Source of the DNA: an uncultured archaeon
GTDB lineage: Archaea; Asgardarchaeota; Lokiarchaeia; Sigyniarchaeales; SOKP01
Length of the DNA stretch: 37,340 nt
Reading direction: 5' to 3'
NCBI GenBank assembly: GCA_964508365.1
Contig: CAZDTP010000021.1
Location: forward strand, 13,298-50,637
Shown here piece after piece: positions 19,521-28,338 of the stretch (the stretch's first letter is position 1; each line of letters begins with the position of its first letter). The notes under the pieces are model-generated. The model was given only the letters and a program-made list of their open reading frames with translations. It was not told where the DNA came from and ran no database searches. The position numbers were made by a program, and so were the translations under genes.

Positions 19521-19928
19521 TTGAAAATAACCGTAAAAAATTTAAGAATGAAATTATATAAGAATAATGAAACAATAAAATTGGTTAACAATCTAATGGA
19601 CGATAAGAATAAAAGTATTGAAAAAGAACCAAAAAAGGCTCACTTTATAAAAGATTACGAGGATGTTCTAAATAGTAATAAATTACGCTTATTTCCTTCC
19701 AGTGATTATAACAAACAATTAAAAAATTTGAATAATCCTAGGTTCTTAGGATCTTATCACCTTAAAGAAGAAAACACTCCTAGATATACTACATTTAAAA
19801 CACTCATGAAGGGAGATCTAGAGGTAAAATACGCAAAAGCTTTAAGGAGCACTTTGATTAACCCCGTGACTATCGCTCTCATCATTATCGCATTATTATT
19901 CAACATTTTGTGGTTCTTTTTAATCTAA
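19521..19928 (+). CDS. Tail-anchored membrane protein, function unknown
   Basis: Hydrophilic body with a single C-terminal hydrophobic helix ending at the stop; the true start may be the internal MDDK. Confidence 0.65.
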   Translation: MKITVKNLRMKLYKNNETIKLVNNLMDDKNKSIEKEPKKAHFIKDYEDVLNSNKLRLFPSSDYNKQLKNLNNPRFLGSYHLKEENTPRYTTFKTLMKGDLEVKYAKALRSTLINPVTIALIIIALLFNILWFFLI

Positions 19929-20072
19929 CTTTAAAATTGGAAATAGAGGGCTTTAACGCATTTTTTTCTATTAATGAACATTATCATTTAGAAAATATGT
20001 ACCTTCCAAATAAATTTTAAAGAGATAAGATGTTTTATTACATATACTTTTTAATTACTCCTTAAAATTAAC

Positions 20073-20077
20073 GAGGT
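20073..20077 (+). promoter_or_regulatory. Shine-Dalgarno-like site for the TTG start at 20085
   Basis: GAGGT 7 nt upstream of the start. Confidence 0.55.
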
Positions 20078-20084
20078 ATACACT

Positions 20085-21554
20085 TTGATCTACGATGTAA
20101 TTATTATAGGTGGTGGGGTAACTGGTTGTTGCATCGCACGAAATCTTTCAAAATACGATCTAAAGATAGCTTTACTGGAAAAAGAAGCCGATATATCATC
20201 AGGTACTACTAAAGCAAATTCTGGTGTTATTCACGCAGGTTTTGCTTCCCCAAGAGAATATCTAAAGCGAGATTTATGCATTCAAGGAAACAAATTATAT
20301 ACTCAAGCTTTTGAAGAATTGAATTTTCCTTTTCAGAGAATTGGTTCATTTGTAATCGCCTTAGAAGACAACCAAATTAAAAACTTAGAAGAACAGAGGA
20401 GACAAGGTACCCAAGATGGGGTTCCGGGATTAGAAGTAATCTTAGACAAGGAAAAAATAAAATATATGGAACCAAATATAACTAACGATGTTGTAGGTGT
20501 GTTACACGCCCCAACTGCTGGAATTGTAAGCCCCTATGAAATGACTTTCGCGTTAGCTGAGAATGCTGCTACGAATGGCGTAAAATTCTTTCGAAATCAA
20601 AAAGTAAAAAGAATAAAACACCAGAATTACACTTTCGTAATTAAAACTAAGGATAAAGAATATAAAGCAAGTAATGTAATTAACGCAGCGGGAGTTTATG
20701 GGGAGAAGATATCAAAAATGGTTGGTTTAGACTATTTCAATATCATGCCAAGAAAAGGCGAATATATTCTCTTTGATAGAAACGCTATGCATTTAAATAA
20801 AATATTATTTCCAACACCAACAAAGATCTCTAAAGGTATTTTAGTTTGTCCAACCGTAAGTGGAAATACTTTTGTTGGACCTAACGCGCAAAATATTAGC
20901 GATAAGAAAGATATATCAACAACAGAAGCTGGTCTAAAAGAAATTTTAGAAGGTGGAAGAACTTTGGTACCAAATCTACCTTTGAGAGCTTCTATTAGGA
21001 ATTTTGCAGGTTTAAGGGCAGTTCCAGATTCATACGATTTTATTATTGATAACACAGATGTTTATGGATTTATTAATGTAGTTGGTATTTTATCTCCTGG
21101 ATTAACTTCATGTTATGCAATTGCAGAGCGAGTTACTGAATTTTTAGAACTGCTAGGTGCAAATATGACGGTTAAAGAGGATTATAATCCGATTCGAGCG
21201 AAACCAGAGCGATTCAAAAATCTCAGTAAAGTAGAATTAGATAATAAAATAAAAGAAGATCCTGCTTGGGGAAGAATTATCTGTCGATGTGAGACGATTC
21301 CAGAAAAAGAAATATTAAACGCTATCCGTTCTCCCGTTGGAGCGACAACATTAGATGGGATAAAATTTAGATGCCGACCTGGAATGGGAAGATGTCAGGG
21401 GGGTTTTTGTAAACCAAGACTAATAGAGATTCTTTCAAGAGAATTGAATATTCCCTATGAAGATGTAGTGAAAATGGGCGAAGAAACTAATTTACTTGTA
21501 GCGAAAACAAAAGAAATTGTTCTTCGAAGTATAGAAGGAGGTAAAAAAGAGTGA
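20085..21554 (+). CDS. GlpA/LhgO-like FAD-dependent oxidoreductase with C-terminal BFD-like [2Fe-2S] domain
   Basis: GGGVTG Rossmann motif, GTTKANSGVIHAG, PRKGEY, FAGLRA, PGLTS, C-terminal CRCE...CRPGMGRCQGGFC. Confidence 0.88.
   Translation: MIYDVIIIGGGVTGCCIARNLSKYDLKIALLEKEADISSGTTKANSGVIHAGFASPREYLKRDLCIQGNKLYTQAFEELNFPFQRIGSFVIALEDNQIKNLEEQRRQGTQDGVPGLEVILDKEKIKYMEPNITNDVVGVLHAPTAGIVSPYEMTFALAENAATNGVKFFRNQKVKRIKHQNYTFVIKTKDKEYKASNVINAAGVYGEKISKMVGLDYFNIMPRKGEYILFDRNAMHLNKILFPTPTKISKGILVCPTVSGNTFVGPNAQNISDKKDISTTEAGLKEILEGGRTLVPNLPLRASIRNFAGLRAVPDSYDFIIDNTDVYGFINVVGILSPGLTSCYAIAERVTEFLELLGANMTVKEDYNPIRAKPERFKNLSKVELDNKIKEDPAWGRIICRCETIPEKEILNAIRSPVGATTLDGIKFRCRPGMGRCQGGFCKPRLIEILSRELNIPYEDVVKMGEETNLLVAKTKEIVLRSIEGGKKE
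21535..21542 (+). promoter_or_regulatory. Shine-Dalgarno site
   Basis: AAGGAGGT 8 nt before the GTG at 21551; the genes overlap by GTGA. Confidence 0.7.
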
Positions 21555-22849
21555 AAAAATACAAATCTGATGTAGTTGTTATTGGTGCCGGAGCTGCTGG
21601 ATTAGCAGCAGCTATTGAAGTAAAAAAGGCTAATCTTGGAGTTTTAATCATTGAAAGGGATAAAGAATTAGGTGGGATAACATTACAATGCATTCACAAT
21701 GGATTTGGATTAAAAGAATTTGAAGAAGAATTAACTGGCCCTGAATATGCTCAAAGATTCATAAACCAAGTATTAGAATTAAAAATCCCCTTTTTATTGG
21801 ATTCTATGGTAATCGAAATTACAAAAGAAAAATTCGTCTATGCTGTTAATAGAAACGAAGGTCTAATTGAAGTAGAAGCAAAAGCGATTATTTTAGCTAT
21901 GGGTTGCCGCGAAAGAACTAGAGGCGCTATAAATATACCTGGTTTTCGCCCTGCAGGCATCTATACAGCCGGACAAGCTCAAAGATTCGTTAATATTGAA
22001 GGGTATCTACCGGGAAATACCTATGTAATCCTTGGAAGTGGAGATATTGGAATGATAATGGCTCGTAGATTAACATGGGAGGGCTGTAAAGTAAAGGCTG
22101 TTGTTGAAATACAACCATATGTTAGCGGTTTACTTCGAAATCAAGTCCAATGTTTGGAAGATTACGATATCCCCCTTATCACTAATTATACAGTTACTAA
22201 AATTCATGGTAGAGAAAGAATAAAAGGAGTAACCATCTCTAAAGTAGGTAGAAATTTTGATCGGATAATCGGTTCAGATCAATTTATTGAGTGCGACACG
22301 CTTCTATTATCTGTAGGATTAATTCCTGAAAACGAACTAACACTAGAAGCTGGAGCGGAATTATCGCAAAATGGAGGTCCGCTTGTTGACGAAAATTTAG
22401 AGACTACTATAGATGGAATATTTGCTTGTGGGAATGTTTTACAAGTTCACGATTTAGTGGATATGGTTACTGTTGAAGCTAAAAGAGCTGGTAAGAACGC
22501 AGTAGAATATATTAATACGAGATACGGTAAAGAACTGAAGAAGGAAAAAACATTTAAGTGCATCTCTGGGGAAAATGTAAATTATGTAAAGCCAGATGTA
22601 ATAAATAAAGATGAACTATCAAAAAATATCTATTTTACTTTTAGAGTTAAATATCCAGATAGAAGAGTAGTGATACAATTGAAAGACGAAAATAATAATA
22701 TAATTTATAGTAAAAAAAAGATATATGTAATCCCGAGTGAGATGATTGAATTGGATTTAAACTTGGAAGAAATAAAAGTGAATCCAGATAGTAAATCTAT
22801 AACAATAGAAGTTATTCCTCGACTAGAAGTATTAATAGAGGAGGACTAA
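21551..22849 (+). CDS. Pyridine nucleotide-disulfide family FAD oxidoreductase (partner of the GlpA-like subunit)
   Basis: GAGAAG, GGITLQCIHNGFG, LAMGCRER, GSGDIG, CGNVLQVHDLVD. Confidence 0.88.
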   Translation: MKKYKSDVVVIGAGAAGLAAAIEVKKANLGVLIIERDKELGGITLQCIHNGFGLKEFEEELTGPEYAQRFINQVLELKIPFLLDSMVIEITKEKFVYAVNRNEGLIEVEAKAIILAMGCRERTRGAINIPGFRPAGIYTAGQAQRFVNIEGYLPGNTYVILGSGDIGMIMARRLTWEGCKVKAVVEIQPYVSGLLRNQVQCLEDYDIPLITNYTVTKIHGRERIKGVTISKVGRNFDRIIGSDQFIECDTLLLSVGLIPENELTLEAGAELSQNGGPLVDENLETTIDGIFACGNVLQVHDLVDMVTVEAKRAGKNAVEYINTRYGKELKKEKTFKCISGENVNYVKPDVINKDELSKNIYFTFRVKYPDRRVVIQLKDENNNIIYSKKKIYVIPSEMIELDLNLEEIKVNPDSKSITIEVIPRLEVLIEED

Positions 22850-22854
22850 TTATC

Positions 22855-22864
22855 GGAGGAGGAG
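22855..22864 (+). promoter_or_regulatory. Shine-Dalgarno site
   Basis: GGAGGAGGAG 6 nt before the ATG at 22871. Confidence 0.65.
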
Positions 22865-22870
22865 AGAGAA

Positions 22871-23251
22871 ATGAGTGAAAGCAGTGTGAGCGTAGTAAAA
22901 GTAATAAGGTGCATAGTGTGTCCTACCGGTTGCCAAATACAAGCAGTTTCAAAGGGTTCTGATATAGTATTTGAAGGATATACCTGTAAAAGAGGATTGG
23001 AATACGCAGAACAGGAATTTTATGAACCCAAAAGGATCCTTACAACTACCATTAGAGTTGAAAGTGGACTTTTACCTTTGATTCCTGTGAGATCTGATAA
23101 ACCAATTCTTAAAGATAAATTGGATGAGGCTTTAATAGAGATTGCGAAAACCCAAGTAAGTGCCCCAATTGAAATGGGTGATATTTTAATAGAAAACATC
23201 CTTGGATTAGAATTAAATATAATAGCTAGTCGAAACTTGGCTAAAAATTAA
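22871..23251 (+). CDS. DUF1667 family Cys-containing small subunit
   Basis: CIVCPTGC...GYTCKRG...RILTTT...PVRSDKPI; usual third gene of this operon type. Confidence 0.85.
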   Translation: MSESSVSVVKVIRCIVCPTGCQIQAVSKGSDIVFEGYTCKRGLEYAEQEFYEPKRILTTTIRVESGLLPLIPVRSDKPILKDKLDEALIEIAKTQVSAPIEMGDILIENILGLELNIIASRNLAKN

Positions 23252-23361
23252 ATATTCTAACTATCTTTTATGATCTCTATGGTTATAAAGGAGTTTACAT
23301 GGCAGACATAATTCATGGTTATCAGTCAAAGAGAGGAGAATATTGTAAACGGAGATAGTAT

Positions 23362-23646
23362 TTACGGGCTAATATTGTCTAACAAAATTATAGCATTCCA
23401 ATCTTCAATAACCTCCTTGGAAGTCATCTCTTCTATTACCAAACTCCCATCAGAACTGGTTAAAACCGTAAGTGTTTTTTTGCCTTCTTCATCGCAAAAA
23501 CCTCCTAACATCTTGTGTAAAAACACTTTTCCATTGAGAACTGCGAAGCCTACGATAAATATTCTGTCGCCACTTTCAAAAAATTCGACTAGTTTGTCAT
23601 AATCGTTTTTGCAATATATTTTATGAAACCAAGATCTTCGTCCCAT
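23362..23646 (-). CDS. Hypothetical protein (about 94 aa)
   Basis: Protein-like composition on the minus strand; likely start MGRRSW at 23646 (the track extends the ORF to 23760); the plus-strand ORF 23315-23602 reads as its shadow. Confidence 0.55.
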   Translation of the reverse strand: MGRRSWFHKIYCKNDYDKLVEFFESGDRIFIVGFAVLNGKVFLHKMLGGFCDEEGKKTLTVLTSSDGSLVIEEMTSKEVIEDWNAIILLDNISP

Positions 23647-23722
23647 TTTTTCATGTGCCCTGATAAATTCGTATTTTATTACTAAACTTAAAGTTAAACT
23701 ATTTAAAGGAAAATTAAAAATC

Positions 23723-24049
23723 TCAAACTTTTTTTTTTCTGCATTTCCTAAAAGGCTCAATTTTTTGGTTTACTAATCTTTTAAAGGATTTGGGCGTTAT
23801 GTTAAATGTCTGGGTGTTGTTGCATGTGATCTGGACTTGTTTCGTGTTATTTTCGTAGTTAGAGAGGAGCGAGTACTTGAGAGTCTGGAGCATTTTGAGA
23901 AATTCTTGTTCAGCGGCTTCTTTTCGTTTTTTATTAGGATTTTTTTTTGCACATATTGTACACCAACGTCCTTGGTACATAGCCCCTGGAGTAGTATCCC
24001 ATTCATGTTCGTATTCGCAGCTGATTTTTATCGGTTTGAATCGACACAC
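23723..24049 (-). pseudogene. Degenerate Zn-ribbon repeat protein fragment of mobile-element or virus type
   Basis: CEYEHEW...GRWCTIC unit followed by a decayed second unit (ITCNNTQTF...PFRKC); in-frame stop 12 codons upstream of the GTG; high GC3. Confidence 0.5.
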
Positions 24050-24264
24050 AATCTTATGTAAATGTTCATCATTTGAAAAATTCTAAGTCTCGCTGATCTC
24101 TTTAATACTAGGTTCAACAAATCAAAAAAGGGAAATGTCAAACTCTTTTCTGATTTGAATCTAAAAAATCCGATATTATGATTTATTAATAAATTCTATA
24201 TAAATTAGCAATTCTTTTTTAATTTAGAGTTAAATTCTTAAATATTAAGTTATGTGAAAATTTT

Positions 24265-24705
24265 ATGAGCTTTAGAATTGAAAGTAAGGAAAAATTTGTA
24301 AAACTTTGGACTACCATTTACAATACCGAAGTTAAGCCTGACTGGTCACATATTCTCCCATACTATGATGATAATATTTATTTTCGTGATACTATTCAAG
24401 AAATCCGGGGTATGAAAGAATTTAAACCAATGACCGAACGATTAACTGAGCGATCTCAAGATTTGAAAATGAAAATTGTCCACATTCTGTTTGAAGGAAA
24501 TATAATTTTCTTTGAATGGGAAATGTCATTAAGTTTTAAGAGGTATCCTAACTCGATGTTATTCGGAGCAAGCAGAATAACTTTAAATGAAGATGGTAAA
24601 ATCATTGAACAAAGGGATTACTACGATCTCTGGGGCGATATTTTCGATAACATACCATTTCTTGCAAATAGATATCGGAAGTTTATGAAGAAAAGATTCG
24701 GGTGA
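24265..24705 (+). CDS. NTF2/SnoaL-like protein
   Basis: 146 aa; YDDNIYFRDTIQEIRG; FFEWEM; GKIIEQRDYYD. Confidence 0.85.
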   Translation: MSFRIESKEKFVKLWTTIYNTEVKPDWSHILPYYDDNIYFRDTIQEIRGMKEFKPMTERLTERSQDLKMKIVHILFEGNIIFFEWEMSLSFKRYPNSMLFGASRITLNEDGKIIEQRDYYDLWGDIFDNIPFLANRYRKFMKKRFG

Positions 24706-25661
24706 TTCGCGTGAACAAATATTGGAAACAATATATAAATTGGGGATATATATCCCAAATGCGGGCAATGCGGAGGAATAAAAAAGCAGAGATTAAAGAA
24801 TGTGATGACGACTTTAAGGAGAGATTAGTAGTTATCACGGGCGCAACTTCTGGAATTGGTTATTGTACTGCAAGAAAATATGCTTTACATAGAGCTAATC
24901 TTTTACTGATAAATCGAAATGAAGAAAAATCAATTTCCGTTTGCAAGGAAATTCGTCAAGATTTTGATGTAGAATGTGAATATAAAATTGCGGATTTTAC
25001 CCGCATTTCTGACTTACAGAAACTAGGGTATGAACTTTTAGATTCGGATATAAGAATTGATGTATTAATCCATAACGCCGGTGTTTATTCTACAAAAAAG
25101 GTGTTTACTGAAGATAATTTTGAACTTTGCTTTCAAGTAGATTATCTTGGGTCATTTATTCTGAATTATATATTAAAGGATAAACCAAAAGCTCAAGATA
25201 ATACAAGAATTATATTTGTAAATTCAGAAGGTCACCGCTTTGCTATTCTTGGATTGAGGTTAGATGATCTTGAGTGGGAGAAGCATCACTATTCCGGTTT
25301 GCGTAGTTACGGGAAAGCAAAAACAGCTCAACTTCTTTCAATGATTTCATTTGACGATTATTTCAAAGATAGCGGATTATCAATAAATGCAATGCATCCT
25401 GGGAGTGTAAAAACAAACATGGGACAAAACAACGGCCCAATTTATCGATTTTTTAAACATCTTTTTATTGATCGAGCGGCAAAATCACCTGAGATATCCG
25501 CTAAAGCTTTATACTATCTCGGTGTGTCAAAGGAAATTAATGGAGTGAGCGGTAAATTTTTCCGCCTTACGTCAGAAGAAAAACCTGCACCTCCTGCATT
25601 GGATAGGGAGGTCGCAAAAGAGCTCTGGAGTTTAAGTATCAAATTAGGTGGTCTTGAATGA
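24702..25661 (+). CDS. Short-chain dehydrogenase/reductase (retinol dehydrogenase-like subgroup)
   Basis: TGATSGIG, HNAGV, VNSEGH, YGKAK (YxxxK), MHPGSVKT; GTGA overlap with the upstream gene. Confidence 0.9.
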   Translation: MIRVNKYWKQYINWGYISQMRAMRRNKKAEIKECDDDFKERLVVITGATSGIGYCTARKYALHRANLLLINRNEEKSISVCKEIRQDFDVECEYKIADFTRISDLQKLGYELLDSDIRIDVLIHNAGVYSTKKVFTEDNFELCFQVDYLGSFILNYILKDKPKAQDNTRIIFVNSEGHRFAILGLRLDDLEWEKHHYSGLRSYGKAKTAQLLSMISFDDYFKDSGLSINAMHPGSVKTNMGQNNGPIYRFFKHLFIDRAAKSPEISAKALYYLGVSKEINGVSGKFFRLTSEEKPAPPALDREVAKELWSLSIKLGGLE

Positions 25662-27259
25662 ATGAACCAGATAAAAAAATTATTATAGTCGGGGCAGGCA
25701 TGGCAGGTTTAACCGCTGCTGCCTATTTGTCTAGGGCAAAGTATGATGTCCTTTTAATTGAAAAAAATAAAGAAATTGGAGGTTTAGTTAATACAATTGA
25801 AAGAGATGGGTTTTTCTTCGATACAGCTGCAAGATCGATTGAAAATTCTGGTATTGTTAGACCTTTTTTAAATGATCTAGGAATTAAACTGGAGATTATT
25901 AACAGTCCTATCTCTGTTGGGATTGAAAGCGATGTTATTAATATCCGTTCGGAAGAAAGTTTGGATGACTATAAGAACTTGCTAGAAAAATTGTATCCTG
26001 AAAAGATAGAAGATATCCACAGAATTGTTTCATTTATGGAAAAAATAATGAAAGATATGGCCGTTTTATATGGGATTGACAACCCCCTTTTAAAAGATCT
26101 CAAGAAAGATAGAAAATTTCTATTTAAAGAACTACTTCCATATTTGGGAAAATTCTTGTTAACTGTCCGGCGTATGAATCGTCTAGATGAACCCGTTGAA
26201 GAATTTTTGGAAAAAATGTCGTCATACCGACCTCTTACTGATATAATTGACCAACATTTTTTTAAAAATACTCCTACATCTTTTGCTATGGGCTATTTTT
26301 ACGTTTATCTTGACTACATTTACCCAAAGGGTGGTACAGGTCAAATACCTAGAGCTATTGAACAAAAGATTATCGAATGGGGAGGGAAAATCCAAACTGA
26401 AACAGAAATCTCCAAAATTATTCCTTCAATGAATCAAATAATCGATATCAATGGCAATTTATATCCGTATGATTATCTCATTTGGTGCGCAGATCTAAAG
26501 ACGTTATACAAGAGACTTAATACAGACAATTTGGATGATAAAATTTCTCGTAAAATTAAAGATCAAAAAGAAAAATTTATTTCCCATCGTGGTGGAGATT
26601 CGGTATTTAGTTTGTTCATCGGAGTTGATGAACCATTAGAAAAATATAAATCTATTTCACACGGACACTTCTTTTACACTCCATCTAAAAAAGGTCTTGG
26701 AGAACTTAATCGTTCGATACTAAAATCATTTATCGAAAATTTTGAAAATACGCCAAAAGAAGAAATTCTACACTGGTTAGATAAGTTTTGCAAATTGAAT
26801 ACTTACGAAATTTCAATTCCTGTGCTTCGAGATCCTTCTCTAGCTCCAAAAGGAAAAACTGGCTTGATAATTAGCATGCTTTTCGAATTTGATTTATTTA
26901 AAAAGGTCCAGGAAGCTTCTTGGTACGAGGAATTTAAAACAGAGGTTGAAAACCGTATTTTAGAGACTCTTTCGAGTTCCATCTACCCGAAAATCGAGGA
27001 AAAAATTCTCTTCCGTTTCTCTTTAACCCCTTTATCAATTTTAAATAGGGTAGGTAGCTCTGAAGGAGCAATTGTGGGTTGGTCATATGAAAAACCAGTT
27101 CCTGTAGTAAATAGACTTCTTAAGATATATAGTTCTGTTAAAACACCAATTCCAAAAGTATTGCAGGGAGGTCAATGGGCTTATAGTCCTGCTGGAATTC
27201 CCATCGCAATTCTTACCGGCTTGCTTGCTGCCCAAAAAATTATGAAAAATAAAATTTAA
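25658..27259 (+). CDS. Phytoene desaturase / retinol saturase family FAD-dependent oxidoreductase
   Basis: GAGMAGLTAA, EKNKEIGG, YPKGG, APKGKT, C-terminal GQWAYSPAGIP; ATGA overlap. Confidence 0.85.
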   Translation: MNEPDKKIIIVGAGMAGLTAAAYLSRAKYDVLLIEKNKEIGGLVNTIERDGFFFDTAARSIENSGIVRPFLNDLGIKLEIINSPISVGIESDVINIRSEESLDDYKNLLEKLYPEKIEDIHRIVSFMEKIMKDMAVLYGIDNPLLKDLKKDRKFLFKELLPYLGKFLLTVRRMNRLDEPVEEFLEKMSSYRPLTDIIDQHFFKNTPTSFAMGYFYVYLDYIYPKGGTGQIPRAIEQKIIEWGGKIQTETEISKIIPSMNQIIDINGNLYPYDYLIWCADLKTLYKRLNTDNLDDKISRKIKDQKEKFISHRGGDSVFSLFIGVDEPLEKYKSISHGHFFYTPSKKGLGELNRSILKSFIENFENTPKEEILHWLDKFCKLNTYEISIPVLRDPSLAPKGKTGLIISMLFEFDLFKKVQEASWYEEFKTEVENRILETLSSSIYPKIEEKILFRFSLTPLSILNRVGSSEGAIVGWSYEKPVPVVNRLLKIYSSVKTPIPKVLQGGQWAYSPAGIPIAILTGLLAAQKIMKNKI

Positions 27260-27297
27260 TTAACAAATTATTTCTATTTTGGAAGGTATTAAAAAAT

Positions 27298-28302
27298 ATG
27301 AAAATTTTAGATGATGAAAAATTTATCAGAAATGTGGAAAGCTTAATTGATCCAAAGGAAGTTAGCTTTTTGTATTTCTTCCAAACATTCAAACGGCTTT
27401 TGCCTCGCTCCCTTTTTAAAAAGCTTTTAATTAAGACTTCAAAAAAGACTCCCTACATGGGTTTTGTAATTGAACCTTATAGTCTGTTTTTATTCTTTAA
27501 GCTTAAAAATATCGAAAAAGCAAAATCATTACTGCCGGAACGCTATGAGTTGAAAAAGACCAGAATTTTTTCTGATGAAGAACCAGAACACTATTTGGGA
27601 ATGGGAGTTTTCAATACCCGGGCAAGTACTTTTTGGGGTTCTAGGCTAGAATCATATCTCGTTGCGGAAGATAAAGAAACCGGTCTTATATCCTGGATTT
27701 TTATCGATATTCTGAGCAATACAATAATTTATATCCCTTCATTAGGAGTTACAGATAGAAACTGTAAAAACGCTATATATACGACTAGCTCAAAGGGAGA
27801 TCTACTACTGGATTTCAAAGAAGACACAACTAACCGACAGATAATTTTAACGGGTAATATTACCAATGGAAAAATACGCAGCCTTGATCAACCCCTTTGG
27901 GTAATAGGAAATACATCTATCGGTCACATTAAAAAATTTTCAGATAATAGCTATGATCCATTTGCCGTAATATTTGATCCCGCTGAAGTTGAAAAAGCTT
28001 TAGAAATTCCTATTGAGGATATTCACTTAAAGTTTAATACACTTTTCCCAGATTTAGCAGAGCCGGAACTATGCAAGGTATTATGTTTCCCCTTCGCTCA
28101 GCACTATATTGCCGACAGTCCCGGCCGTCGCACCTATATCAAAGATATCAATGACATGATCGAGAATTATAACAAAATTGCGGATATGAAAGAAATAAAA
28201 ACTTTTTCAACAAGAAATATAAAGATAATGTTTTTAATGGGAATATCTTTATTTATGGTAATCATTATTTCCCTACTTATTTTATTGATAATTAATCTAT
28301 GA
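27298..28302 (+). CDS. Hypothetical protein with C-terminal TM helix, possibly acetoacetate-decarboxylase-like fold (paralog A)
   Basis: Aligns by eye with the next gene (PYMGF.++PY.LFL.FK+KN; LP+.YEL; R+E.Y++A.+KETGL+SWI); the fold is inferred. Confidence 0.75.
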   Translation: MKILDDEKFIRNVESLIDPKEVSFLYFFQTFKRLLPRSLFKKLLIKTSKKTPYMGFVIEPYSLFLFFKLKNIEKAKSLLPERYELKKTRIFSDEEPEHYLGMGVFNTRASTFWGSRLESYLVAEDKETGLISWIFIDILSNTIIYIPSLGVTDRNCKNAIYTTSSKGDLLLDFKEDTTNRQIILTGNITNGKIRSLDQPLWVIGNTSIGHIKKFSDNSYDPFAVIFDPAEVEKALEIPIEDIHLKFNTLFPDLAEPELCKVLCFPFAQHYIADSPGRRTYIKDINDMIENYNKIADMKEIKTFSTRNIKIMFLMGISLFMVIIISLLILLIINL

Positions 28303-28338
28303 AGATGGATTTGAAAAAAAAAACCAAGGTTTATGTAA

